Shown: positions 27,719-42,672, counted from the stretch's first letter. The stretch: DNA of 64,000 nucleotides from Octopus vulgaris (GCA_951406725.2 OX597826.1:1922001-1986000); one strand, 5' to 3'. The notes: generated by a model from the sequence alone, not told the origin. Program-made: numbers and translations.

Positions 27719-28626
27719 TATGTTATGTAATTATTTTCTTCTCACTACACTCAACCTTTTCATCAACAAACGATACATTGGATGATGTAGCCTGAAAATA
27801 AAGTGAGACGGTCACAACAGGAACGCTTTTCACCTTATGTTTCTTCAGAGTTGATCTGGGTCTACTTATAAACCACCACCACCACCACCACCACTACCAT
27901 CACCCATCACCCGTCACCATCACAACCATCAACGCTAACAATAATACGTTGCCATACATTTAGCAGAAATATCTCCGTTCATATACATTCTACGTGTACG
28001 CTTCATTGACAGACGATAGGAGCTTGCTATGCGATAATATTCAGTGTTCTTTTATTTATGACAGAAATTTCGATATTTAATAGCATGAACTAACCGACTT
28101 CGAAGCAACATTTATATTATGTAGTGCTATACACATTACAGTCACTCAGGAAGCTGCTGAAATCAATTCTATAAAGCTGTCACTCTACAGTAAGTAACTT
28201 CCCTTCATACCGATTCATCTGTGTCGATTTATTTTTCTGTAGTTAACTTCTGAACCGTGTGAAGACAATTTTACAATAAATGTACTACATTACTGCATAT
28301 GACATTAAAAGAAATTTTTATTCCACTCTAATAATTGTGCCGTTTGAAAGATGACATAATCTACAGATAAAACTAAATTGTACGATTTTTCTGATGTTGC
28401 ATGTACACATCAGCGAATGTTCAAACGTATTGACTTTTAGCGATGGTAGAATGATGTTTGTAAGGTATATATTTTTCCTAAAGGTATTAACGATTGAAAT
28501 GAAATAGCTGTAATGGAGAGTTGAGCCTAGTCACTGACTTAGTTTCTCAGCAGCTTAGCTTCTATTCAGCAGCAGTACTCGCCATAATCCAACGAACCTT
28601 CTGTAATACTAAAATAACTACATATA

Positions 28627-28857
28627 CAGGGTGTTCCTAAATTACCTTTACAACTTAAAATATAGAGAAAAAAAATGAAAAATAAGAATAAATCAGCAGA
28701 GGTTTTTGGAGAACATAGATAAAGAAATGAAATTTTAATTAAAAATATCAGACTACTTACACGTGGGCTCCATGGGTCGCAAAGGTGATTGATGGATCTT
28801 AGCTTTAATAGATATTATGAATTGTGGAAATTGTAAAGATAATTTATGAACACCCCG
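28627..28857. mobile_element. Tc1/mariner-type MITE with TA target-site duplication
   Basis: ta-CAGGGTGTTCCTAAATTACCTTTACAA ... TTGTAAAGATAATTTATGAACACCCCG-ta. Confidence 0.8.
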
Positions 28858-29559
28858 TATATAGTACTCTCCCTCCCACCCTCTCTCTCGCTCTCTGTTG
28901 TTAAATGCTAGTTAAAATCTGGACTCTGCTCTTGTCAAAGACTCAAAGACAGCAAACACACGTAGACACACGTCCATACACAAGCAGTAAAAGAGTGCTT
29001 TCAAATGTAGACTTATATATGGGTTTTGTCGCTGGCTTTGATGTTTTCAACTTTAGTACCAAAAAGCCGTCGCAAATCACTTATCCTTCTCTTATCTGAA
29101 TTTTATCTTTCGCCATTTATTTTTCATTTGCTTATAATCAATTTTCTGTTTGTCTATTAATCATATTATACTGGACACGCTAGGGACGTGAAGTCTATCA
29201 TTAATATATACATACATATATACATGTGTGTGTATGTGTGTGTATGCATGAATGTATATATATGTGTACACACACATATTAATATATATATATTCATATA
29301 TACATATATATGTACATATATATATATATATATATATGCATACACATGTATGTATATGTATGGGTTTGTATATATATATATGTATACATATTTGTATGTA
29401 TACATACACGTACACACATATAACAAGTACGTACATACATATACACTCATCTAGACACACGTACGGACGCAAACATATTCATTACTATGAAGCCATTAAT
29501 TCTCTCTTTCCTGTATTGTGAGTTTCAAAAACGTTTGCGTTCTTCGGGTACCCGAGCAA

Positions 29560-30510
29560 GACCTTTTCCCTCGAATGACGTATATCATACTGTTTGTCAA
29601 ATCAAACAAATTTTGGCACCACACCGTTGTTGCCGAAGGGAAGTTCATTACATCATCGCTACCACAGAGTATGAGAATTATACCATTATTACTCAATCGA
29701 AAGTGCACGCGACATCGTTGTCTAACAGAATGTAGAGGAAGGATTCGTTGCTCAAAGTAATACATCAAGCAATCGTTTCCACCATTTAGCGTAGAGCATA
29801 CCATTGTTGTACATCACACCATTTTGTCACAGGAAAACTCAAACTTGTCTTTGGAGCACACACCATGTTATTTTTGCTCAGGGAACATACACCAAACCAA
29901 CGTTTCTCCAATGAATGAGCAACGTAATTTTGCTGTCCAATCACTGCACACGAGGTCATCGATGCCTAAAGAATATACACAACACCACCGTTGCGCTAAA
30001 AGTGTACAGCATATCACCATTCCTGAAATCAGCATATCATCATTCCTGTAAGTCAGATCACCATTTCTTCTAAGAACGTATACGACACCACCATTACCGC
30101 AAAGAACCTACAACTCATTATCATTAGCTTAACAAACTTATTCAAGCTATTTTTTGCCCCAAAGAATGAACGTCACAACAACGTACATACACCACCGTTA
30201 TCTGAAACAATGGATGCGATAGCATCACAGTCTTGTAGAATGTACATCCCACAATCGTTACTACAAAGCGCGCACACCACTAAATCGTTTCTCCAAAGAA
30301 TGTACAGCATGCCGTTGTTTCGACAAAAAGCGTTCACTATACGCTCGTTAACGCAAAAAACATTTTCTCTACTTTTAATCATTACATCAAAGAATAGTCA
30401 CTACACCATCGTTATTCCCCAAAGTTTTCACACCAAAAATATTATCCCGAAAGAATGTACATCACAAAAATCATAAAACTCCTTCTCAAAAAGGTGTACA
30501 TCGCGCCGCT
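29560..30510. repeat. Highly degenerate ~30-bp minisatellite
   Basis: Recurring units resembling AAAGAATGTACAnCACACCGTTnTTCC. Confidence 0.6.
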
Positions 30511-30544
30511 GTTTTATATAAGAAAAATAAATGTACACCCCAGG

Positions 30545-30687
30545 GAATTAACTGGGTATTTATTTTATCGAAGGGTTGAAAGGTAAAGTCGACTTCAACG
30601 GAATTTGAAAGCAGATCGTAACGATAGACGAAATGCCGCTAAGTATTTGGTCCGAGGTGCAAACTCTTCTGCCAGCTTTCTGCCTTA
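30545..30687 (-). mobile_element. SINE family B
   Basis: GAAAGGTAAAGTCGACTTCAACGGAATTTGAA...TTCTGCCAGCT. Confidence 0.75.
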
Positions 30688-31286
30688 AAAAAATAACAGT
30701 ATTTTAACAACAATGAAAAAACGAAAAGGCATCGGATGGGCGATGTATACCCTACGTGCAGATGAATTTTTTTCGCCAATTATAGTGTGGCTTACAATGT
30801 GTTGCTTACCCATGCTTTTTATTTGGACTGAATTAAAATTTTTAAGTAATTGACTAAAAGATTAAAAGCCTAAATAAATAACAGCTAAAAGTAGACTTGA
30901 TAGATGTCTACACCAAACTTATATGAGTAAAATTTGCATTTATCTAAATAAATGATTATTCAAATAATAATCATGATTACGAAAAAAAAAAGGTGAACAA
31001 AAGGAAATACTTATAGAAAATATTGCATAAAATTTGAGAAGCATTTTGAACGTCTTTCAATGATAGCAGGTGAATCAAACGTACTGTAGTTCCTTGTAAG
31101 ATATAAACAATATGACTACTTGCTTATCGGGAAATTTGTAAGTTGTAAGTTTAAAAATTTTGTAAGTTAAATTTGTAAGTTAAAATTTTTAAAATTTATT
31201 TTCTTTAAGTATCACCATTATAGGTATTTACACTCCGGTGAAATCAAATCAGCTCATAGATGAACGAAACCGTCGAATCCATCACT

Positions 31287-31332
<46 letters not shown>

Positions 31333-31433
31333 TCGCATACCTGTGTATATATCTATGTATGTATGTGTGTACCAACACTTGTCTACGCGCATAGGCACAC
31401 CACGATCTATACACACGTAGATGAGGGTCGAAT

Positions 31434-31487
<54 letters not shown>

Positions 31488-31499
31488 GTACTGTGATGG

Positions 31500-31865
31500 T
31501 ACGAGCAACAAAAAAGTAGCACATCAGGTGAGAGATAAAAATAGTATTTAATCGACATAATCCATGTTTTTATGTGTTAGTAAGAAACTCTTGTGCTGAG
31601 AACATTCCAAAACGATGCATACCTTGCATGCACATAAATTCTTTCGCAAAAAATCTCCACAATCAAAGCATTTTGATTCACCCGTCCGACAGTTTTGAAG
31701 ATAATCAAACCAGATTTTCGTCATTTTGAGCCACTCATTCAATAAGTATTTCTACCAAATTTGGTGAAAATCCGTTCAGTTGTTTTCCAGTAATTTTGCA
31801 AACACACAGACAAAAGACAAGTGATTACAGTACCCCGCTTTCGCATACGTGCGCAGGGTAATAAA
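31500..31865. mobile_element. Helentron/HINE-like element remnant
   Basis: CCAAATTTGGTGAAAATCCGTTCAG...ACAGACA...TACCCCGC...GCGCAGGGTAATAA terminal stem. Confidence 0.45.
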
Positions 31866-31871
31866 TATACA

Positions 31872-31931
<60 letters not shown>

Positions 31932-32953
31932 CTATCTATCTATCTATCTATCTATCTATAGTCGTATTTATATATACGTACACATACGCGCACACACTTA
32001 CACGCTCGAATAAAAGTAAATTATATAAGCCTGAAAATCGCATGCGGAGAATCGTTAATGTTGAGTTTTATCCAATGATCTGGCTAAAAAGCATACGAGT
32101 GTCATTACAACTTAAACCAACGTCTTCAACTAAAGCTTTTACCGTCTCCATTTCTCCTTACCGAGAATGTCCTTCATATTTATCACCACCACCACCACCC
32201 TCACCATCACCACCACCACCACCACCACCACTTCAACCACAACCATTACCGTCACCACTACGACAATCGCCATCATTGAAATCTTCACCCCCCCACACTT
32301 GCGGACACCGCCAACACGAACACCGCCACCACCACCGCCCCCAGCGCCACTAACACCACCGCCATCACCACGCTGTCACCACCGCCGCCACCAAAATCGA
32401 CGCCGCCGCCGCTACGACGACGACGACGACGACCACTACCACAAACCACCACCACCACCGCCGCCGCCGCTACCGCCGCCGCCGCTACCGCCGCCGCCGC
32501 TACCGCCGCCGCCGCTACCACCACCACCACCACCACCACCACCACCAGTCAACATCGCCTCACATTTTTCTCGGTAATATCATTGTATAGGTTTTGCAGC
32601 CAATTTCTGTTCGCTTCATGCCTTGTGTCCTTATCTTCTTGTTTCGTTCCTCCTTTCAATATCCATTCCCTGTTTTGTCGTAACTCATTTCTTTATGCAC
32701 TTCTTCCGTGTTGGTTCATGTAAAGAAGTACGGAAATGTCATGGACAAATATCCTACACAGGAATATATGAATATATGTACTTGAGATCGATAGTTCAAT
32801 GTCGTATGGGGCTGGTGAACGGCGAGTAAGAGTTACTGCTACACACACACACACACACGGGAGCGCGCATGCACGCACATACATGTATATATGTGAGTGT
32901 GTGTGCATGTGTGTATACATACAAAAATAAATGCATGCATATCTGTCTATCTA

Positions 32954-33020
<67 letters not shown>

Positions 33021-33177
33021 TGTGTGTGTGCGTGTAATATATATATATATACATATATAATCACACACACACACGCATACACATTACACTCTCACATACA
33101 CATACACACATATCCACATTTACACATTTGCATATACATAGATGTAAAAAGACACAGTTATTTCACATTATGTATAC

Positions 33178-33225
<48 letters not shown>

Positions 33226-33782
33226 GTATATATTATCTGTTTTTCTATCTATCTATCTACAATGCGTTTCAATTTTTTATTCTTTACTTAAATATGTGCA
33301 TATGTGTGTATATGTCTGAGTGAGTGTTTGTGTGTGCGTATATAATATATATATATATGTGCGTGTATATATATGTATAATATATAATTTATATATATAT
33401 GATATATACACGCGTGCACACACACACATATTACACGTCTCTGTTTTACACAAGACCTAACCTTAAAACATTGAAAACGACGCAGCACAAAACCTTTCCG
33501 TGCATGTTTCATATTGTTCATAAGTTCATTTTTGAGATTTTTCCTATCTTCTTATTATCTCTGGAAACGCATGTCTCAATATACTATCATATGGCATTCT
33601 TGGATTGCTTCGGTTCTGGCCGTCTTCTAAGCGATTCCTTCACATCGATGATTTATATCCTTTCAATTCCTTCGACATAAGGTGTTAAGACCTGGCGACC
33701 AACGAGAGTGAATGAGAAAGCTGCTTAATGAAATGTGCGCATAGTCACACACATGCACCACCTACACATATACAAATACACG

Positions 33783-33834
<52 letters not shown>

Positions 33835-33841
33835 TTATATA

Positions 33842-33873
<32 letters not shown>

Positions 33874-33885
33874 CATATTTATATA

Positions 33886-33917
<32 letters not shown>

Positions 33918-34211
33918 CATATTTATATATATATATATATACATGCATACATATATATTCATATACATATATATATATTTATATATATATGTATTCATAT
34001 ATATATATATACATATATATATATTCATATATATATATACATATATATATTTATATATATATATATATTTATATATATGTATTCAATTTACATATATATA
34101 CATATTTACATATTTACATATTTACATATATATACATATTTACATATATATTCATATACATATTTACATATATATATATATTTATATAATATGTATTCAT
34201 ATATATATATA

Positions 34212-34247
<36 letters not shown>

Positions 34248-34387
34248 TATATATATTCATATACATATATATATGTATTCATATCTATATATGTATGTTT
34301 ATATATATCTATATCTATCTCTATATCTGTATCTATATGCGCATTATATACTTATCCAGATAAAAAGGAATGTTGAAAAAAATCATG

Positions 34388-34770
34388 GCTGCGAGGTGGC
34401 AGAGTGGTTACTGTGCCACGCAAAATGCTTAGCGGTGTTCCGTGCGTCTTTACGTTCTGAGTTCAAATTCCACCGGGGTCGACTTTGTCTTTCATCGGCT
34501 TTGTCTTTCAAATAAATACCAGTTAGACATGGAGGTCCGTATATTTGACAAGCCCTCTCTCCCTCCAAATTCCAGACTGTCTGTCTATAGTATAAAGGCT
34601 TATTTTATGATTGCAGCAAACTGGCAGAACCGTTACCGCACAGGGCAAAATGCTCAATGGCATTTCGTCCGTCTTTACATTCTGAGGTCAAATTCCTCCG
34701 GGGTCGACTTTGTCTTTTATCCTATCGGAGTTGATAAAATAAGTACCAGTTTAGTACTGGAGTCGATGTA
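34388..34770 (+). mobile_element. Two tandem SINE family B copies
   Basis: GAGTTCAAATTCCACCGGGGTCGACTTTGTCTTTCATC and a second similar unit from ~34615. Confidence 0.78.
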
Positions 34771-34858
34771 TATGAAGATATATTTAAAGTATTAATATAT
34801 ATAAGTGACTTTTTCAACTTCATTTATATATATAATTAAATATATAAGAAGAAAAGAA

Positions 34859-34953
<95 letters not shown>

Positions 34954-35228
34954 TTACATATATATGTATATACAGATATGTATATATGCTTTTTTATCTT
35001 TTAATCATTTTAGTCGTTAGATTCCGGTCATACTGGGGCACTATCGCGTAGAACCTTAGTCGAACGAATCGCCCCCAGTACCTATTTTCTAAAGCTTGAT
35101 GCTTATTCTATCGCACTGTTTTGCCGAACCGCTAAGTTACTGGCAGGTAAACACACCGACAGCAGATGTCAAGTGGTGTGTGTGTTTCTGTGTATATATA
35201 TATATATATATATGCGTGTATGTATGTG

Positions 35229-35282
<54 letters not shown>

Positions 35283-36293
35283 CATATATACATGCATGCA
35301 CTCTCATGCACACACCACTATTACCAAGAACAACACACCAGTTACAGTATTAGGAAGGCCAATGCAGCGAACGAAAAGAAAAAAAAAGTAACGAAAAGAA
35401 ATAAATGGTACATATAAAAGCCGTTCAGACATAAATAACTGCAGCAGTATGAAAAGTCGTACAGCTTCTCTACTTTGTTCTGGAATGCAAAAACCATCAA
35501 CAATAAATGGGGAGAACTCGGCAGGAATCTACTTTCGCTTTCGCCGTCACCGGAATTTGCAGACACGGCATGTAGAAAGAGACTGGACAGAGGGCGCTGG
35601 GTGTTTGTCTCATTGCACAACATCCGTTTCGTCACTGCTTGTTGCGCTGTGTAGTGTAGGGCTCTGCCTATCAGGGTCATGTGATGTCTGGAGCAATAGA
35701 TGTGTGGGCCAGGCCTTGGTTTGTTGGGCCGCCAAATTATGTGTCCTTTGTCTGTTCTATGAGGATTGCCGAGGGGGTGGGGGTCGGCAGGTCACGCGGT
35801 GAAGACAATAATAGCAACATGAACAATAACAGCTAATACTAGCGATGATACCAACCAACAACGGCAGTAGGAACATCAATATCGACGAGAGACTCGAAAC
35901 ACCGCCATGAGTAGTAATCGCCACCGCATCACCATGACGACCGCCGCCCCCACCACCACCACCACCATCACCACCGGCAGCGCCACAACCATCAACAGCA
36001 CTGCCATCTCTACCAGCAGCACCGCTATCGCCACCCCCCAGCACCAGCACCGCCACCACCAGTAGCAGCATCACCGCCATCACCGGCACCAGCATTGCCG
36101 CTACCGCCGCAACCACCACTAACACCAGCGGAAGCACCCCTCATTCCCATGACTGACGACATCACCACCGTCACCGCCATCACCAGTGCCGCCCCCATCA
36201 CCACTGCCGCCACCAGTACTTACCACCACCACCAACAACAACAACAACAGCACCATCATTACCACCACCACCACCATCAAATTCACCATCATC

Positions 36294-36335
<42 letters not shown>

Positions 36336-36713
36336 GTCAGCATCTCTTCCTGCACCACCACCTCCGCTATCACCCCACCCAGCACCACCTCACCGTAACC
36401 GATGTCTCCACCCCCGCCATTGTTATTATCAACCTCTTCATATCCATTATTACCTTAATATCATCAGCATCATCATCGCCATCACCGTCGTCGTCGTCGT
36501 CATCATCATCATCATCATCATCATCACCATCACCGTCATCGCTATTCACGTCATTCATAACCGATAGGACGCCACTTATATCGATTCTCACAGGAAGTGG
36601 AAAGAGGAAATGATGAAGAAAACAGAATAAAATAATATAAATAAAGTAAATAACCTAAAAAAATAATAGAGAAAAGGTAAAAAAGAATAAAGATATGAGA
36701 GACACTGAGAAAT

Positions 36714-36746
<33 letters not shown>

Positions 36747-38005
36747 GGGAGAGAGAGAGAGGGAGAGAGAGAAATAGAGATAGAGTGGGAGAGAGAGAGA
36801 AAGTGAGCTAAAGAGAAATAACGGGAAAAGAGAGAAAGAAAGTGAGAGAGTGCAAGCAAACGAACAAAAAAAGAAATAAAAGAGAAAACAAGAATGAATA
36901 AAAATAAATAAAAGTCAACAGAAACAATAATAAATATAAAAAATTACGCCCAAAATATAAAAGGAAAAACGTAAAGGTTGCCTGTCAAATGTTTAAAACG
37001 AAAGGCGTCATCATATTGGGCAGAACATACAGTTGTTCATTTGTAAGTATGGAAGAAAAGAAGGAGAAATAAGCGTTTAGGAGATGGCACTTTTAGCTGA
37101 AGGAAAGAAATTGTAGCAAGGAAGAATGCGATTAGTTGAAGAGTAGGAGGTTAAAGATAATATCTCAAATGAGTTTGTTCGATTTGAATAACGGTGGCCA
37201 GGCCGTGTCAAAGCTACCCAATAAAACAAGAGGATCCTGGTTGTTGCAGCGATTGAAAACGATCGATAAATCAATACGGCAAGGTGATAATGAGCAAGGT
37301 AGAGAATAATACTAAATAAAACCGAAAAAAAAGTATTAAAAACACCAAAAAAAAAGAAACAAAAACAAAACAAGAATCCTAAAATAAAACAGCGAATAAT
37401 AACGTGGAAAAAAAAAACGAGATCATTTTTTTTCTCGCTATTATATTATTTTTGTTCTTTCGGTCTTTCGTATTTTTTTTTTCTTTGTCGCTCCTACACA
37501 AAACCAGCGAGAAATAGAGAAATCTACCGTTTTTAAACGTTTTCGTGTTCCTAGTAGATCGTTATTGCAACTAAACGGTGACAGGAATTGATGGAAGAAC
37601 CATAGTTTGTATGTGTGTATACATCTATGTACGCATCCATGCATGCATGCATGTATGCATGTATGTATGTTTGTATGCATTCATGCATGTAGGTATGTAT
37701 GTATCTATGCATGTGTATCTATGTATTTATGTATGTATATATGTATGCATTTATGTATGTATGCATACATCTATATATGTATATATGCATGTATGTATGT
37801 ATGTATGTATGTATGTATGTATGTATGCATGTATGCATGTATGTATGTATGTATGTATGTATGTATGTATGTATGCATGCATGTATTCATATATATGTAT
37901 ATATGCATGTATGTATGTATGCATGTATGCATGTATGTATGTATGTATGTATGTATGTATGTATGTATGTATGTATGTATGCATTTATGTATGTATGCAT
38001 ACATC

Positions 38006-38039
<34 letters not shown>

Positions 38040-38204
38040 TGCATGTATGCATGTATGCATGTATGTATGTATGTATGTATGTATGTATGCATGCATGTAT
38101 TCATATATATGTATTTATGTATGTATGTATATATGCATCCATGTATGCATGTATGTGTATATGCATATGTGTATGTGTATATTTATGTATGTATGTTTGT
38201 ATGT

Positions 38205-40651
38205 ATCATTATTCAGTTTTATTTCAAGATTTCTTGCCAACAGAGAAAGAGTCGGTTTCTAACCAAGATCCAAGGCTCCTTCATTGGAATTTCAACATCA
38301 ACAACGGCATTTTTGTATGTATGTATGTATGTATGTATGTATGTTTGTATGTATGTATGTATGTATGTTTGTATGTATGTATGTATGTATGTTTGTATGT
38401 ATGTATGTATGTATGTATGTATGTATGTATGTATGTATGTATGTATGTATGTATGTATGTATGTATGTATGTATGTATGTATGTATGTATGTATGTATGT
38501 ATGTATGTATGTATGTATGTATGTATGTATGTATGTATGTATGTATGTATGTATGTATGTATGTATGTATGTATGTATGTATGTATGTATGTATGTATGT
38601 ATGTATGTATGTATGTATGTATGTATGTATGTATGTATGTATGTATGTATGTATGTATGTATGTATGTATGTATGTATGTATGTATGTATGTATGTATGT
38701 ATGTATGTATGTATGTATGTATGTATGTATGTATGTATGTATGTATGTATGTATGTATGTATGTATGTATGTATGTATGTATGTATGTATGTATGTATGT
38801 ATGTATGTATGTATGTATGTATGTATGTATGTATGTATGTATGTATGTATGTATGTATGTATGTATGTATGTATGTATGTATGTATGTATGTATGTATGT
38901 ATGTATGTATGTATGTATGTATGTATGTATGTATGTATGTATGTATGTATGTATGTATGTATGTATGTATGTATGTATGTATGTATGTATGTATGTATGT
39001 ATGTATGTATGTATGTATGTATGTATGTATGTATGTATGTATGTATGTATGTATGTATGTATGTATGTATGTATGTATGTATGTATGTATGTATGTATGT
39101 ATGTATGTATGTATGTATGTATGTATGTATGTATGTATGTATGTATGTATGTATGTATGTATGTATGTATGTATGTATGTATGTATGTATGTATGTATGT
39201 ATGTATGTATGTATGTATGTATGTATGTATGTATGTATGTATGTATGTATGTATGTATGTATGTATGTATGTATGTATGTATGTATGTATGTATGTATGT
39301 ATGTATGTATGTATGTATGTATGTATGTATGTATGTATGTATGTATGTATGTATGTATGTATGTATGTATGTATGTATGTATGTATGTATGTATGTATGT
39401 ATGTATGTATGTATGTATGTATGTATGTATGTATGTATGTATGTATGTATGTATGTATGTATGTATGTATGTATGTATGTATGTATGTATGTATGTATGT
39501 ATGTATGTATGTATGTATGTATGTATGTATGTATGTATGTATGTATGTATGTATGTATGTATGTATGTATGTATGTATGTATGTATGTATGTATGTATGT
39601 ATGTATGTATGTATGTATGTATGTATGTATGTATGTATGTATGTATGTATGTATGTATGTATGTATGTATGTATGTATGTATGTATGTATGTATGTATGT
39701 ATGTATGTATGTATGTATGTATGTATGTATGTATGTATGTATGTATGTATGTATGTATGTATGTATGTATGTATGTATGTATGTATGTATGTATGTATGT
39801 ATGTATGTATGTATGTATGTATGCATGCATGCATGTATGTATGTATGTATGTATGTATGTATGTATGTATGTATGTATGTATGCATGCATGTATGTATGT
39901 ATGTATGTATGTATGTATGTATGTATGTATGTATGTATGCATGCATGTATGTATGTATGTATGTATGTATGTATGTATGTATGTATGTATGTATGTATGT
40001 ATGTATGTATGTATGTATGTATGTATGTATGTATGTATGTATGTATGTATGTATGTATGTATGTATGTATGTATGTATGTATGTATGTATGTATGTATGT
40101 ATGTATGTATGTATGTATGTATGTATGTATGTATGTATGTATGTATGTATGTATGTATGTATGTATGTATGTATGTATGTATGTATGTATGTATGTATGT
40201 ATGTATGTATGTATGTATGTATGTATGTATGTATGTATGTATGTATGTATGTATGTATGTATGTATGTATGTATGTATGTATGTATGTATGTATGTATGT
40301 ATGTATGTATGTATGTATGTATGTATGTATGTATGTATGTATGTATGTATGTATGTATGTATGTATGTATGTATGTATGTATGTATGTATGTATGTATGT
40401 ATGTATGTATGTATGTATGTATGTATGTATGTATGTATGTATGTATGTATGTATGTATGTATGTATGTATGTATGTATGTATGTATGTATGTATGTATGT
40501 ATGTATGTATGTATGTATGTATGTATGTATGTATGTATGTATGTATGTATGTATGTATGTATGTATGTATGTATGTATGTATGTATGTATGTATGTATGT
40601 ATGTATGTATGTATGTATGTATGTATGTATGTATGTATGTATGTATGTATG

Positions 40652-40683
<32 letters not shown>

Positions 40684-41705
40684 TGTATGTATGTATGCAT
40701 GTATGTATGTATGTATGTATGTATGTATGTATGCATGTATGTATGTATGTATGTATGTATGTATGTATGTATGTATGTATGTATGTATGTATGTATGTAT
40801 GTATGTATGTATGTATGTATGTATGTATGTCTGTATGTATGTATGTATGTATGTATGTATGTATGTATGTATGTATGTATGTATGTATGTCTGTATGCAT
40901 GTATGTATGTATGTATGTATGTATGTATGTATGTATGTATGTATGTATGTATGCATGCATGCATGTATGTGCGCAGATTTGTATGTTTTGTTCTATGTAT
41001 GTATTCTCATGCATATAGTTGCATGTCTAGACATGCTCATATATATTTAAATGATAAACTTCTGGAAAGTTTTACAGATATTTACAGTTCCAGTGATAGA
41101 TTAGATCTGTAGTCTTCGAATTAGCTTTCTTTTTTCTGGTTTTGAGAAGCCTAATATCTCAAGATTGGTATTTAGGCAGTGTGTTACATATCCTAAGGTC
41201 CCAATAATTACGGGTATAAACCTGAACTTGTAATTTGGATAGAGTACCTACAGATTTCTCAATAGTCCAGCGTAGGTATTCTCTTTTTCACTGACCCCAA
41301 ATCATTATATCAGGTCTGTTGTGCTTACATTTTATTGAGGTCTTCACTGGGACATTCCACCAGTACTCCTTTTCATTATGAGTGGCTATGGCTTCTACCA
41401 TACTGTGAGTTCTTATTTCTTTGTTCTTGGGGTTATCCTTCTGATGGATTTCATTATTGAGTGTCCTAGCTACAACATCATGTCTCATCGGTAGATGATA
41501 CTGTGATGACATTTTCGGACAACTGCTTATGATGTGAATCATATTTTCGTTGTTAACTCAACAAAGTCTGCATTTGTTGTCACATTTTACTGCTTTTCCT
41601 GCATCTCTATTCCTTTTGTACATCAGGTATTTGGTTGATATTTGCTGTTCCTGGATCGCAAATGTATACGCTTCAAAGTGTGAGGTATGAATCTGGCTAT
41701 TTGGT
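38205..41705 (-). mobile_element. 5'-truncated RLE (R4-like) non-LTR retrotransposon embedded in (TACA)n, with a 2.65-kb (TACA)n expansion in its putative 3' UTR
   Basis: Minus strand 41705-41047: FAIQEQQISTKY...KCRLC*...HIISSCPK (CCHC), RHDVVA, NRPDIMIW, FIPVIIGTLG; stops and frameshifts present. 38313-38205 holds a stem-loop, AATAAA and a TACA tail; its linkage to the ORF is inferred. Confidence 0.78.
38314..40969. repeat. (TGTA)n tetranucleotide array, ~2.65 kb
   Basis: Directly visible; degenerate (TGTA/TGCA)n also at 37608-38205. Confidence 0.98.
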
Positions 41706-41735
41706 CCATATGCATCCATGTATGTATGTACGTTT

Positions 41736-41767
<32 letters not shown>

Positions 41768-41864
41768 TGTATGTATGTATGTATGTATGTATGTATGTAT
41801 GTATGTATGTATGTATGTATGTATGTGTGAATGTATGTGCGTTCGTATTGTTTTTGTCTTTATT

Positions 41865-42210
41865 TCTATTTGTTTCAATCATGATACTGCGGCCATGCTG
41901 GAGCACTGCATTGAAGAACTTTAGGTGAATGAATCGACACCAGAACTTATTAATAATTTTTTTAAAAGACTGGTACTTCTTTCTCCGAACAGCCATATCA
42001 TGGGGCTATAAACACACCAAATACGGTTGGTCAAGCAGTGGCGAGAGACTAACACACAGACACACACACACACATGCGACAGGCTTCTTTCAGTTTCCGT
42101 CAACAAATCCATTCACAGGGCTTTGGTCGGTGCGAGGCTATAGTAGGAGACACTTATTTTAGATGTCACAGAATGGTTAGGAAGCAGACTCCTTGACACT
42201 CACCCACGCC
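41865..42210 (-). mobile_element. Degenerate SINE family A
   Basis: CTGCGGCCATGCTGGAGCAC...CTTTCAGTTTCCGTC...GGCTTTGGTCGG. Confidence 0.8.
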
Positions 42211-42550
42211 AGCACATATGTATGTGGGTATTCATGTTTTTATACACGTATGTGTTTATACACACACAAACACACACGATTTCATAAAGATGTAAGATTT
42301 ATTTCACGAATTAACATCCATACATCTACAATCGTTTCGTAGCCTTTTTCTTATAAAAACAATATATTTTAGTGTATAATATATGACTAAATAGTATGAT
42401 TTTATATATACCTGCGAATTTATATATATTTCCCTCTCCTTAAATACATACACACACACACATAAATTTAAATAAGCAGAAAATGGAAAAAACCTTTGAT
42501 CAACAAACAAACAAATTGATCAACATCGGTTAATACAAAACATAACATAA

Positions 42551-42672
42551 CATTTCTTACGGCCGTTTCGACTGCCAATGTCAGTTGGTGCTTACAAAGA
42601 AATTTCGAAAATAATATTCGTCATCTTTATAGCACATTTGATCTAGTACATGGAGCTTCTTCAGAGTGAATA
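42551..42672 (-). ncRNA. Type I hammerhead motif with extended stem II (left arm)
   Basis: Minus strand: ATTCACT-CTGAAGA-AGCTCCATGT...ACATTGGCAGTC-GAA-ACGGCCGT-A-AGAAATG. Confidence 0.65.

Noticed and set aside
27815-27856. Minus-strand CTGAAGA...GAAA
   Set aside because: Stems I and II do not pair convincingly.
29560-30510. CRISPR-like array
   Set aside because: No identical repeats, no repeat-spacer alternation, no cas genes, and a eukaryotic context.
32042-32577. Proline/His-rich ORFs (also 36095-36613)
   Set aside because: Degenerate (CCA/CCG/CAT)n trinucleotide repeats open in several frames; no domain or splice support.
37578-41112. ORFs of 888-1147 aa (YVCM/HTYI repeats)
   Set aside because: Translations of (TGTA)n, which has no stop codons.
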